From NCBI GenBank assembly GCA_965214605.1, contig OZ243961.1:2560001-2624000 (forward strand): DNA of 64,000 nucleotides, given 5' to 3'. Below the pieces are notes generated by a model. The model saw nothing but the letters and a program-made list of their open reading frames with translations, was not told the DNA's origin and did not search any database. The DNA is from an uncultured Candidatus Binatia bacterium. Its GTDB lineage: Bacteria; Desulfobacterota; Binatia; Bin18. This document shows positions 1-9,933 of the stretch, piece after piece. Within the stretch, counting starts at the first letter, position 1; the number at the start of each line of letters is the position of its first letter. The position numbers and the translations under genes are program-made.

Positions 1-245
1 ACATTCATTTCGGCAAAACGCCCCTTTGACCTTAACTTCAGGCGGCACAGGCGTCGCACCTCGGCCAGTCGATGGCTCTTGCCTGGGCCAAAGGCCTCGA
101 GCCAATTAACCGACAACCCGGTTTCATCCGGGCGACTCGGACGCAACCGGAAGTCCGAGCCGTCCGGGCTCCCGTCGTCCTGGATCATGCTCGGCTTGAC
201 GTAGCGGACGATCTGGTCGCCCGCCGGCAGATCGTCGCCCCTCAT
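1..245 (-). CDS. Putative ADP-ribosyltransferase-like toxin, N-terminal part (runs off the window edge)
   Basis: Not in the ORF track. ATG at 245 overlaps the upstream stop (ATGA) and the frame is open to position 1: MRGDDLPAGDQIVRYVKPSMIQDDGSPDGSDFRLRPSRPDETGLSVNWLEAF... The 'IVRY...F...GLSVNW' pattern resembles the beta1-Arg/beta2-Ser core of ART folds. Confidence 0.6.
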   Translation of the reverse strand, partial: MRGDDLPAGDQIVRYVKPSMIQDDGSPDGSDFRLRPSRPDETGLSVNWLEAFGPGKSHRLAEVRRLCRLKLRSKGRFAEMN

Positions 246-850
246 TGGCAGAGCAACGAGCCAAGCTCAAAGGCATCGATCTGCCGTTTCAACCCCTCGA
301 AGGTATCGCGTCCCGTGACCCTTGAGGTCGGTTGTCCCGCTTTGCGTTGCTTGAAAATCACATACTGCACCACTCCGTCGCCGAGAAACTGCAAGCCAAA
401 ACGGGTTCCCTGGTCGTCTTTCCAAACCGCGCGCAGGTTGCCGTTATCCAACAACACCAAGTTGCCCTTGCGCCAGTGAGGCTCCGAGTCGACAAAACGC
501 CAGAAGTCGAACTCGGAGTCAGGACTCAAAATATACCCGTCCTGTGCCGCATCAACGCGCAGCGCCCCGATTCTCGTCCAGTAGGCCTGAAACGTAGTTC
601 GCGCCGGACCATCTAGAGCGAACACGGCGCTGGAGTCAAAATCAAAGAACTCGGCGGAGTCGGTAAAGGAACTAATGAGATAATCCGCGGGTCCTTTGCT
701 CCGGGAGCGTTTGCGAGACCGGGGTCCGAACCCTCTTGGATATTGCCCCTGGGAATCGATGTCTAAAGTCGTCGTATGCCCGCCCACGGGCGCGGCCGGC
801 GGATACTCTGTTTCGGACGCGCCGCTGTTCCATCCGACCGTCGCGCTCAT
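242..850 (-). CDS. Hypothetical protein, putative antitoxin/partner of the TIGR04255 operon
   Basis: 202-aa ORF with ATGA overlaps to both neighbours; low-complexity N-terminus and globular-looking C-terminus. Confidence 0.75.
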   Translation of the reverse strand: MSATVGWNSGASETEYPPAAPVGGHTTTLDIDSQGQYPRGFGPRSRKRSRSKGPADYLISSFTDSAEFFDFDSSAVFALDGPARTTFQAYWTRIGALRVDAAQDGYILSPDSEFDFWRFVDSEPHWRKGNLVLLDNGNLRAVWKDDQGTRFGLQFLGDGVVQYVIFKQRKAGQPTSRVTGRDTFEGLKRQIDAFELGSLLCQ

Positions 851-1644
851 TCGGTCTCCTCCTCCGGTATCCAGTATGTATGCCGTATTTTCTCGTCTGT
901 CATGCTCAGGAACCGGGCGACGAGCACGTCATGCGCCTGCTGGTACCAAGCATCAACATCCGATTTCGCGATACCGTCTGGAGGGCCGAGCGCCTTGAAT
1001 TCGAGAACCAAGCGCGGCGAGCCGGGCCCGCCGGTCGCTTCGACGGTGCGGATCGCGATGTGCAGCTGCAAGCCGGGCTCGAGTTCGTGGCGATACGCGC
1101 AACTGAAGGCAGACGCAGCACCGTGCGCAGGTCCGCAGTCTGGAATCGCGAAAGACGGGATGAGTCGGGGTGTGTCCTGCGGTCCCCGCCAGTACTCACA
1201 TGGCTCGATCACGTTGACATAGGTGAGTTCGCAACGGTGGATTCCGGGACCCGGCGCGCCGACATCTTCTTCCAGGAACTTCTCGAAGACCCCATAGTAT
1301 CGGTCGAAGCACGGCTTCAGGTGTTCTTCAAAATGCGGGTACTCGGTTTTCCGCCGTCTCCAGTTGAGAAAAAAAGCGCCCTTCTGGACCTGGATCAGGT
1401 TGACCTCGTCCTTGGACACGAACCAGAATCGCGGCATGACAAAAAACTCGTTGCTAATCGTCAAGACCATCCTTTTATCCCCGGCTGTGTCGAGCGGCTC
1501 CCGTTGTTCGACCACCGGGAACTCGTCGCGAAGTCTCGACCACAACAAACCGATATGCTCGCTTCGAAGTGCGACTAGCGGCGGCTCGAAGTAGGAGCCA
1601 ATGACCACCTCATTGATCGGCGGATTCCTGAACCGTACCTTCAT
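847..1644 (-). CDS. TIGR04255-like family protein
   Basis: 265 aa; N-terminal FRNPPINEVVI, RFWF...LIQVQ...NWRR..YPHFE and ELTYVN motifs recalled as typical of this family. Confidence 0.75.
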   Translation of the reverse strand: MKVRFRNPPINEVVIGSYFEPPLVALRSEHIGLLWSRLRDEFPVVEQREPLDTAGDKRMVLTISNEFFVMPRFWFVSKDEVNLIQVQKGAFFLNWRRRKTEYPHFEEHLKPCFDRYYGVFEKFLEEDVGAPGPGIHRCELTYVNVIEPCEYWRGPQDTPRLIPSFAIPDCGPAHGAASAFSCAYRHELEPGLQLHIAIRTVEATGGPGSPRLVLEFKALGPPDGIAKSDVDAWYQQAHDVLVARFLSMTDEKIRHTYWIPEEETE

Positions 1645-1681
1645 GATGTTCTCCGAAGATTCATTGGCTTATCCTAACTGC

Positions 1682-2878
1682 TCAGCTTTGAGCGGCAATG
1701 GGGCATGCGGCATCTCCGAACAGACGGGACATGAGGGAGGCACCCAGCGCCGATGCGGTTTGTGTTCCGATATCCGCGCGCGCGACAGCAGCCTGCACCT
1801 TACTCGCGATCTCCGCAAATCGTCGCTGCCTGTCGAGCGGCGGCAGCGGTACATACATTTTCTTGATTGCCGACTTGGAAACCTCCTTGAAAGTCGTGCC
1901 GCCCGCTAACCGGATCAGTTCCGCGCGCCGAAAACGAAGCCAACAGGCAAGGTATTCAGGCACAAGGTCAGTTCGGCAGGTTAGATTTGCGAATCCCTGA
2001 TTTGTCGCCACGTCAACGGCTGCGATCGCCGTGAAGCCTATCGTGGCGCGGCTGGTCAACAGCACCGTTCCGGCCGGGACGAGGCGAGCGCTGCTTTCCC
2101 GGAGGCCGGTCTCGGTCAAGGTCTCTCTGGTCGCCTCAATGGTCAGGCTCTTCAAGCTGGTAACGTCGGTTGGCGTAACCCACGGGATTGCCCCGCCGAA
2201 GTATGCTGGAATGTTTCGGCGCGGAGTCCCGCCTCCCACAATGGCGCATACCTCACCAAGGGCCGCGACCTCCCACCCCCTGGGATTCTCCGCCGGATCG
2301 CCGAACATCTTGACGAACAGGGCGGGAATGAATTCCCGCAACCGCTCGGCGGCCCGCGCCCGCAGCCGCTCGATCTTCGTCGCCCGGTTCAGGATACCGA
2401 CGATCCGCCGCTGTTCGTCGAGCGGGGGGAGGGGAACCGGAGCTTCCTTTAATATCGAGAGCTTGAGCGACGGCAGACTTGTAACCTGCGCCTGGGCACG
2501 CGGGTCGTAGCGCACTGACCACCAGAACAGGTACTCTGGATCTACCCTCTCCTTGTCGGGCATTACCACCGCGAGATGGCTCACTACGTGGGCATCGGTG
2601 GCCAGTTTGGCGCGGTGGTTCAAATTCACGGAGGCTCCACTCTTCGGGATCAGGATGCTGTCCTTGGGAAAGAGCCGGAGGCGGTTCCCTGCCAACCAAT
2701 TGAGGGAAAGGCGGTCCGTCGTGTCGGCCAACCATGGGTTGACGTGATGCTGCCCCACATCCTGCATTCGTACGAACAACGGGCCATCCGGTGCGAAGGC
2801 TCCCGGTTCCTGGGGTGCAGGGTCCCCTGCTACGACGTTCGCAATATCGCCAAGGCGAAAAACGGAATATGCGCTCAT
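1682..2878 (-). CDS. hsdS: Type I R-M specificity subunit
   Basis: Two TRDs, each followed by a PLPPLDxQRR conserved region; MFGDP linker. Confidence 0.93.
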   Translation of the reverse strand: MSAYSVFRLGDIANVVAGDPAPQEPGAFAPDGPLFVRMQDVGQHHVNPWLADTTDRLSLNWLAGNRLRLFPKDSILIPKSGASVNLNHRAKLATDAHVVSHLAVVMPDKERVDPEYLFWWSVRYDPRAQAQVTSLPSLKLSILKEAPVPLPPLDEQRRIVGILNRATKIERLRARAAERLREFIPALFVKMFGDPAENPRGWEVAALGEVCAIVGGGTPRRNIPAYFGGAIPWVTPTDVTSLKSLTIEATRETLTETGLRESSARLVPAGTVLLTSRATIGFTAIAAVDVATNQGFANLTCRTDLVPEYLACWLRFRRAELIRLAGGTTFKEVSKSAIKKMYVPLPPLDRQRRFAEIASKVQAAVARADIGTQTASALGASLMSRLFGDAACPIAAQS

Positions 2879-4506
2879 TCCGCGATTGCCCCCCGCACCG
2901 CCTCGGCCAACTCGTCGAGCTCGCCCAGGATTTCCGTCTCAATGGCCCGCAACTCGTCCAGAATCTCCAGCGGGTCGCGATGCTCCACCTTCGCCCGGTT
3001 CTGCGGGCGATGCCGGCCAGCGCTCAGGTTGAAGTCGGCGGCGCGGATCGCGTCGGCCTCGGCGAACCAATACTTCTCGGTCCACTCGGCTTCCGGGTCA
3101 CGATCACGCCACGTCTCCCATCGGAGGTCGCGCCCGCGGAATGCCTTGATCAGCCCCGGCAGGTCGTCGTCATCAATCGGCTGGTCGTGTTGGGCATCGA
3201 GCTTGAAGCCGTCGTTGTCGGCGTGGAGGAACATCACCCGCTCCGTCGCACCACCTTTGCGGAAGACGAGCACCGAGGTCTTGACCCCGGAATAGGGATT
3301 GAACACGCCGCCCGGCAGCGACAGCACTGCTTCCACCGTGTTGGTCTCAACCAGCCGGCGGCGCAGTTCCCTGTGCGCGCCGGTGGAGCCGAACAGCACG
3401 CCTTCGGGGACCACGACGCCGCAGCGCCCGCCGTCCTTCAGGTGGTTCAGCATGTATTGCAGGAACAACAGCTCGGTCTGTGCGGTGCGCCCGACCTTCA
3501 CCTCCTCGACGACGCGGTCCCGGTCGAGCCGACCGGAGAAGGGCGGGTTGGCGAGGATGACGTCGAAGCCCTGCGTCGGCAGGCCGAGCGCTGCCTTCGC
3601 CGCCCGGTCGAGCGAACGGGTCAGCGCACAGCGGCGCAGGACGCGCACCCGGTCGAGACCGCGCAACGTCAGGTTCATGGTCGCGAGGCGGACCATCTCC
3701 GGGTCCACGTCGGCGCCGTAGAACGTCGCCTCGTGCAACTGCCTCACCGCGTCGCGGCTCAACGTGTCACCGATGCCGCGCCGAACAGTCTTGCCCTCGG
3801 CCTCGACCGCCTCAGTCCCGGCGGGCGACGAGTTGGCGAGCCGGATATGGTCCCATGTGCCGACCAGGAAGCCAGCCGTCCCCGCCGCCAGGTCGTAGAC
3901 CGTCTCGCCGATCCTAGGATCGACCAGTCGGACCAGCCACCGGATGACGTGGCGCGGCGTGCGGAACTGGCCGAGCTCGCCCGCCTGCCGGATCTGGCGC
4001 AGCACGTGCTCGAACAGGTCGCCCTTGGTGTCCGCGTCCACCCGGTCGAGATGCAGGTCGTTCAACTGGCTGACGACCTGGGTGAGCACGGTCGGCTCGT
4101 CGATCACCAGCCGGGCGCCGTCCATGAAGTCGGTGACGCCGTTTGCCGCAAGCTCGGCATGAAACGGGAAGACCTCTTCACGCACCCAGTTGACCAGCCG
4201 CTCGCCGTTCAGCGCCTGCGCCCAGGACGACCAGCGCAGGAACGCGCGCGGCACCGTCGCCCCGCCGGGCGCGCGGGCGTTGCGCGGATCGCGCAGGCGC
4301 CATTCGCCGTCGAAGACGCTGGCATATGGCGCGGCACCCGGCCGCCACGCCGCGCGCACCCGTACCGCGTCCGCCGCCTCGTACATGTAGAAGTAGATCA
4401 GGAAGCTGAGCTGTTCGGCGTTCTGGGCCGGGTTCGGATAGCCGCCGCCGAACAGGTAGTCGCGGATGCGGTCGATGCCGCGCCGGAGTTCGGGGGTCAT
4501 GGGCAT
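2875..4506 (-). CDS. hsdM: Type I R-M N6-adenine methyltransferase
   Basis: GQFRTPR, DLAAGTAGFL (motif I), ANPPF (motif IV), VPEGVLF; start probably 4506 or 4500. Confidence 0.93.
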   Translation of the reverse strand: MPMTPELRRGIDRIRDYLFGGGYPNPAQNAEQLSFLIYFYMYEAADAVRVRAAWRPGAAPYASVFDGEWRLRDPRNARAPGGATVPRAFLRWSSWAQALNGERLVNWVREEVFPFHAELAANGVTDFMDGARLVIDEPTVLTQVVSQLNDLHLDRVDADTKGDLFEHVLRQIRQAGELGQFRTPRHVIRWLVRLVDPRIGETVYDLAAGTAGFLVGTWDHIRLANSSPAGTEAVEAEGKTVRRGIGDTLSRDAVRQLHEATFYGADVDPEMVRLATMNLTLRGLDRVRVLRRCALTRSLDRAAKAALGLPTQGFDVILANPPFSGRLDRDRVVEEVKVGRTAQTELLFLQYMLNHLKDGGRCGVVVPEGVLFGSTGAHRELRRRLVETNTVEAVLSLPGGVFNPYSGVKTSVLVFRKGGATERVMFLHADNDGFKLDAQHDQPIDDDDLPGLIKAFRGRDLRWETWRDRDPEAEWTEKYWFAEADAIRAADFNLSAGRHRPQNRAKVEHRDPLEILDELRAIETEILGELDELAEAVRGAIAE

Positions 4507-4510
4507 GCCG

Positions 4511-6652
4511 TCACCGCTCCCGCGCGTCGTCTGCGGGCGCGCGGGCCTCCCGCCTTCCGCCGAACACCACCGCGTTGAACCCCGCAATCAGCTTGCCGAG
4601 GGATGCTTCGCCGCCGAACACGCGCCGCGCCTGGTCGTAGCCCCCGAGGGCGGCGAAGGGGTGTTCGTCAAAGTCGTAATAGCCGAACGCCTCCATGCTC
4701 ATCGCGTCGGCCTTGACCCGGCTCCCGATGAGACCCGCCCATCTTGCCTGCTCCGCATCGAACTCCTCGTGCTCGCCCCGCCACGCCTCGACGCGCACCC
4801 CGATCTCGGCCGCGCGTGCCTCGTGCTCCGGCGTGCGCACGATGCGGCCGTTCTCGTCGAGTACCAGCCATTCGCGGGTCGTGGGGTCGATGTGATCGTC
4901 CACGTCGAGGGTCAGGAGCGCGCGCGTCGCCGCTTCGTAGGCCGAGCGTTGCTCCCTGACGGCGAGGACACCTTCGAGCGCCCCGTCGTCGCCGTGGAAG
5001 TCCGTCACGCCGACGAAGTCGAAGATCGTGAACCCAGTCTTGCCGATGTGGTCCGCCTTGCGCGTGCCCCGCCCGTGCATCTGCCGGTAGAGGATGGCGC
5101 TGCGCGTGAACCGCGCCATCACCAGATTGACCACCTCGGGACAATCGAAGCCGGTATCGAGCATGTTCACGCTGACGAGAATCCGCGGAAACTCCTCTTC
5201 CTTGAAGCGCTTGATGATGGCGCTCGCGTCGGGCGCCGGGCCGCCGCCGACGTCGCTCACCACGAAGTCGGCATAACGTACGGTTGGATGCGGCTTCTTA
5301 TCCGCGAAGTGCTCGTCGAACATCGCCGCCAGCGTCTCGGCGTGACGCCGGGTCACCGCGAACACGATGGTCTTGCCCCAGGCGGGCCAGCGCCTGACCC
5401 CGTCCCGGCCCATGAAGCCCTTCTCGTGCGCGTCGCGGAACTCCCGCACCATAGCGCGGTTGCGCTCGGGAATGGTGAACTTGCGCTCGAGCGCCCGCGG
5501 GTCCACCGTGATCCTGTCCGAGGCGGCGAACAGCGCCTCGAAATCCGCCCGCGTGGCCGCATCCATCGCACTCCAGTCGAGTTCGTCGCGCCGGACCGGA
5601 AAGCCAGCCTCGGCAGCCGTCTTCACTGTCAGCGCCTTGTAGATACGATAGGGAACGAGATGACCTGCCTTGATGGCCTCGGGCAGCGTGTAGCGGAAGG
5701 TCGGCCTTTCGAGGCCGAAGAAACGCAGCGTGTCCCGCACGAACAATCCGTCTTCCGGGTCGGGCAGCGCATCCGCATCGGCCGCCGTGCACGGCGTTGC
5801 CGTCAGTCCCAGCTGAATGCCATCGAAATGCTTGAGCACGCCCTTATACTTGCCATAGATTGAGCGGTGGCACTCGTCGGTGATCACCAGATCAAAATAG
5901 CCCGGCGAGAGCGTACGGTATTCCGCGATCATGGTCTGAAGGGTGGCGATCGTAACGCGCTTGGCGCGGTCGAAGACGCGGCCGGGCCGCAGGACGTGGC
6001 AGGGATAGTCGCGGAGGTGATCGGTGAAGGCGTCCTCAGCCTGACCCGCCAGCGCGATGCGGTCGACGAGGAACAGCACGCGGGTGACGATCCCCGCCTC
6101 GAACAGCCGCTTGATGAAGGCTGCCGCGGTGCGGGTCTTGCCGGTCCCGGTCGCCATCTCGACCAGCAGCTTGCGCCGCCCGAGCGAGACCTCGGCGGAC
6201 AGCGCCTCGATGCACTTGATCTGGTAGTCGCGGTCGACGATCCTACGGTCGACGGCGACCCCCGACAGGTCGCGGCGCAACCGCCGGGCGGCGACCCGCC
6301 GCTCCAGGTCGTCCTGCGATAAGAAGCCCGCGATCTCGCGCGCGTGGGCGTCGGTCTCGCAGTCGAGGAATCGCACTTCCTCGCCGTTCGACAGGAAGAT
6401 GAATGGCACGCCGAGCTGTTCGGCGTAATGACGACCCTGGTCCTGCGCCGCGATGGGAGCGATGCTCCCCCGCTTGGCCTCGAGCACCGCCATCGGACGG
6501 CCCGACCGGTCGCAGAGCACGTAGTCGGCCTGTGTCCCGTCGGGCAGCGCGTGCTCGAACAGCACGCTCACGCCGTCAGGCAGGTTCCAGCCCGCGTCCG
6601 TAAGCAGGGCGTCGATCTTGACGCGCGCGAAGGCCTCCGTCGTGTCGCTCAT
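4511..6652 (-). CDS. hsdR: Type I restriction endonuclease/helicase subunit
   Basis: ADYVL...LEAKR nuclease motif, MATGTGKT Walker A, DECHR, LTATP, DTGFD, QMHGRGTR. Confidence 0.93.
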   Translation of the reverse strand: MSDTTEAFARVKIDALLTDAGWNLPDGVSVLFEHALPDGTQADYVLCDRSGRPMAVLEAKRGSIAPIAAQDQGRHYAEQLGVPFIFLSNGEEVRFLDCETDAHAREIAGFLSQDDLERRVAARRLRRDLSGVAVDRRIVDRDYQIKCIEALSAEVSLGRRKLLVEMATGTGKTRTAAAFIKRLFEAGIVTRVLFLVDRIALAGQAEDAFTDHLRDYPCHVLRPGRVFDRAKRVTIATLQTMIAEYRTLSPGYFDLVITDECHRSIYGKYKGVLKHFDGIQLGLTATPCTAADADALPDPEDGLFVRDTLRFFGLERPTFRYTLPEAIKAGHLVPYRIYKALTVKTAAEAGFPVRRDELDWSAMDAATRADFEALFAASDRITVDPRALERKFTIPERNRAMVREFRDAHEKGFMGRDGVRRWPAWGKTIVFAVTRRHAETLAAMFDEHFADKKPHPTVRYADFVVSDVGGGPAPDASAIIKRFKEEEFPRILVSVNMLDTGFDCPEVVNLVMARFTRSAILYRQMHGRGTRKADHIGKTGFTIFDFVGVTDFHGDDGALEGVLAVREQRSAYEAATRALLTLDVDDHIDPTTREWLVLDENGRIVRTPEHEARAAEIGVRVEAWRGEHEEFDAEQARWAGLIGSRVKADAMSMEAFGYYDFDEHPFAALGGYDQARRVFGGEASLGKLIAGFNAVVFGGRREARAPADDARER

Positions 6653-7626
6653 ACCACCGTCGTTTCCCGCTGCCTGCACGCGCAAGCGGGTCTTCACGTC
6701 ATCGTCGAGGTTGCGGGATCGTGACGCTTGCCATGGTCATGCTCTCCGTTCGTCCGAGTGACCAACATACGCACTGATTAGGATGCAATCAAGGCACCGC
6801 GAGCAGATGCACCGGCCGGGAAAGGTGACCGCTAGGTGCGTGCGCGGCCACCTTTCCCGGCGAGCGGTATGCGCGGAACGCAACGCGGGCCGGACTGCCT
6901 CAAACAAGCTGACGATCAATCCCAGCCCGGCAACGTTGTCCCTATCCGCGTAGCCGTCGAGACAACCGCCGTTTGCCAGCGTCCACGCAGCACCGGGCGC
7001 CCCGGAAAGGCCTGGCCGTGAGCGAGTCGGCGGACGGCGCTCCGAAGGGAGCCGTTACCGCCGTCCTCATTCACCTGTCCACCCGCGCTCGCCCGTGCTC
7101 GCGGTGACGTATGAACGGAGAGCCACTGTCTTGAACACCGCTGCCTGCAACGCCCATCCCTGCGCTTCGGGAACATGGGCAGCACGACGCTCTGCTGCAA
7201 AAAATGGGTGGCAGGTCTCGTGCGCTATGGTAACGACCCGACCCACGCATCGACTCCGGTACGTGATGGGTGAAGAATGCCCCGCCGACCGCTTGCACCG
7301 GGTGCCGCACTTTGTTACTTCTGTTGCCAAGACGACGATGCGGGATGCGCCCAGAGATCGCGGCTCGGTCGTCTCGCTCAAACGCCGCGCCGGCTCCAAC
7401 CCTTGTGGCGCCAGCTGTTCCGGCCGATGACGGTGTACAGAGCAACAGCGTCCCTCTCGACTCCAGTAGGAGTTGATTCCGTCATACCCCTTGCCCCACA
7501 TATCCGGGAGTTCCACTTGGTAATCCCGCTTCTCCCCTTACCACGCTGGGGGCAGAGATCAAGAAGCATTCAGCCATTGAATCATGCAGCCGTTAGGGTC
7601 ATGATTTCTTGTTGGGGAGGGACGCT

Positions 7627-9063
7627 ATGTTGGACTTGATCATTCGCAATGGACAAGTTGTGACCCCTCAGGCGGTCGGAGTCATGGACGTTGGCATTCA
7701 GGGCGAAACAATAGCCGCCCTCGGTCAGCCGGGGGCGCTCGGCGGCGAGGGCAAGCGGGTCATTGACGCGAGCGGAAAAATCGTGATGCCGGGCGGCATC
7801 GAACCCCACGCCCATATCGGCATTCCGGTACCGCCGGACTGGACGGGGCATGCTGATGTCATGACCCAACCGCCGGAAGCCGCCAGTCGGGCGGCCGCGT
7901 TTGGCGGGGTGACGACAATTATCGACTTTACCGGCGATCTGTCGCGCCAGGCACTCAGCGGCGAGCGCCGCAGACCGGTCCTCGAGACGCTCGACCGCCG
8001 GCGGGCGGTGTTCCATGAGCACTGTTATACCGACTTTGCCTTTCACTACATTATTGCCGGCAGAGCAGCCAGCCAAGCGATTGGTCAGATTCGTGAGGCG
8101 CTTGAAGAAGGAATTGGGAGCTTTAAGATTTTTACCACCATGGAGATTCGGGTTCCGTATGGCCAGCTGTTCGGCATCTTCAGTGAGGTGGCCAAGCACG
8201 GCGGGATGATGGCCGTGCACGCCGAGGAAGACGACATCGTCTCGTACATGATCGACAAGCTCAAGCGCGAGGGCCGTGCCCAGGCTCACAATATCCACCT
8301 GGTCCATAACAATATGTCCGAAGATATTGCCTTTCGGACCGTCATTCGGCTGGCCAAATATTCGGGTGTAGGGTTGTATTTTGTCCACACGACCGCCAAA
8401 GAAGGCGTGGCTGCCATTGCCGAGGCACGTGCCCAGGGACAGCCCGTGTACGGCGAAGCGCTCCACCACTATCTGGAGTTCACCTGCGAAGACTACAAAA
8501 AGCCGGGGGGCACGGCGATTCACACCTATCCTGCCATCAAGTACGCCGCCGACCGAGACGCCCTGCTAGCAGGACTCATGGACGGTCGTTTGGCCACCAC
8601 CGCCACCGATGAGTATACGACCTTCAAAGGGCCCAAACTGTTTGGCGATACGATTGAGACGGTGTGCGGCGGGCATAACGGTATTGAGACCCGCATTCCG
8701 GTCGCCTTTACCAAGTTTGTGGCCGAGCGGAACATGCCGCTCCAGCGGTTTGCCGAGATCACCTCAACGAACGCCGCCAAGCTACTCGGTCTCTACCCGC
8801 AGAAGGGCGTAATCCAGCCGGGCAGCGACGCCGATATTGTGCTCATGGATCCAACCCTGCAAAAGACGATTCGGCTGAGTGATCTCCATGCCGACTCGGA
8901 CTACAGCATCTGGGACGGCTATACGTGTCACGGATACCCGGTGATGACAATGCTACGGGGCAAAGTCATTGTTGAGAACGGCAAGCTCGTGGGCAGTGAG
9001 CGAGACGGACGGTGGGTGAAGCGGAGGGTGGAAAATGCCGTGTTGGCCAGCCCCGCCCTCTAG
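7627..9063 (+). CDS. Dihydropyrimidinase/hydantoinase-like cyclic amidohydrolase
   Basis: PGGIEPHAH, AAAFGGVTT, HAE, KGVIQPGSDADIV motifs. Confidence 0.85.
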   Translation: MLDLIIRNGQVVTPQAVGVMDVGIQGETIAALGQPGALGGEGKRVIDASGKIVMPGGIEPHAHIGIPVPPDWTGHADVMTQPPEAASRAAAFGGVTTIIDFTGDLSRQALSGERRRPVLETLDRRRAVFHEHCYTDFAFHYIIAGRAASQAIGQIREALEEGIGSFKIFTTMEIRVPYGQLFGIFSEVAKHGGMMAVHAEEDDIVSYMIDKLKREGRAQAHNIHLVHNNMSEDIAFRTVIRLAKYSGVGLYFVHTTAKEGVAAIAEARAQGQPVYGEALHHYLEFTCEDYKKPGGTAIHTYPAIKYAADRDALLAGLMDGRLATTATDEYTTFKGPKLFGDTIETVCGGHNGIETRIPVAFTKFVAERNMPLQRFAEITSTNAAKLLGLYPQKGVIQPGSDADIVLMDPTLQKTIRLSDLHADSDYSIWDGYTCHGYPVMTMLRGKVIVENGKLVGSERDGRWVKRRVENAVLASPAL

Positions 9064-9085
9064 GGAGAAGCTCCCCGGAGTGCAC

Positions 9086-9865
9086 ATGAACCGCTGGGAT
9101 CCCCAACAGTACCAACGCTTCAGCCGTGAACGCGCGCGGCCCTTCTTCGACCTCGTCGGCCGGATTGACGGCCACCTCCACCAGGTTCAAACCGTTGCCG
9201 ACCTAGGCTGCGGCCCCGGCACACTGACCCAGACCTTATGCGCGCGCTGGCCGCACGCGACGGTCTACGGCGTCGACAACTCCCCCCAGATGCTGGAAAA
9301 GGCCGGCCAGCTCCCGGCCAATCCACGGCTGCGTTTTATCCAAGCCGACCTAGCCGACTGGCACCCCGATACTCGACTGGATTGCCTTATTTCAAACGCC
9401 GCACTGCAGTGGGTTCCCAACCATGCCGGCGTGCTTGCCCATCTTCTCAATCTGCTAAACCGACGCGGCGTGTTGGCCGTTCAGATGCCGCACAACTTTG
9501 ACCAGGCCGCCCATCGTCTGCTGTATGAGCTGGCTGGCCAAGCCCCATGGGCGGCGTGGCTCGGCTCCTGGCAGGAACGCCATTTTGTGGAGACGCCGGA
9601 CTGGTACGCTCAGACCTTGCGGCAGGCAGGCTTAGAGGTCGAGGTATGGGAGACAATCTATCACCATCTGTTAGACAGGCAGGATGCGGTTCTGGAATGG
9701 ATGAAGGGCACGGCTCTGCGCCCTGTCTTCAACCGGCTCCCCAGCCAGCAGCACGACGCGTTTGTGGCCGCCTACGGGGAGCTCTTAGCCGCCGCCTACC
9801 CACCAGGCCCCCACGGGACCCCGTTTCCCTTTCGCCGCCTGTTTTTTGTCGCCCGGCAGCCTTAG
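9086..9865 (+). CDS. tam: Trans-aconitate 2-methyltransferase
   Basis: WDPQQY..F..ER.RPF, DLGCGPG, SNAALQW, PFRRLF motifs. Confidence 0.85.
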   Translation: MNRWDPQQYQRFSRERARPFFDLVGRIDGHLHQVQTVADLGCGPGTLTQTLCARWPHATVYGVDNSPQMLEKAGQLPANPRLRFIQADLADWHPDTRLDCLISNAALQWVPNHAGVLAHLLNLLNRRGVLAVQMPHNFDQAAHRLLYELAGQAPWAAWLGSWQERHFVETPDWYAQTLRQAGLEVEVWETIYHHLLDRQDAVLEWMKGTALRPVFNRLPSQQHDAFVAAYGELLAAAYPPGPHGTPFPFRRLFFVARQP

Positions 9866-9933
9866 TTTTCGCCAGTGGTGCGTACCTCTACAAACACGCG
9901 GTCCTCACCAAGGGGGGCAACATGTCTTCCTCC

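Noticed and set aside
2791-5863. Long plus-strand ORFs (595 aa and 465 aa)
   Set aside because: They are antisense shadows of GC-rich hsdM/hsdR with no recognisable motifs.
6700-7600. Genes or an IS element between hsdR and the amidohydrolase
   Set aside because: Only short overlapping ORFs with no family motifs or terminal repeats that I could identify.
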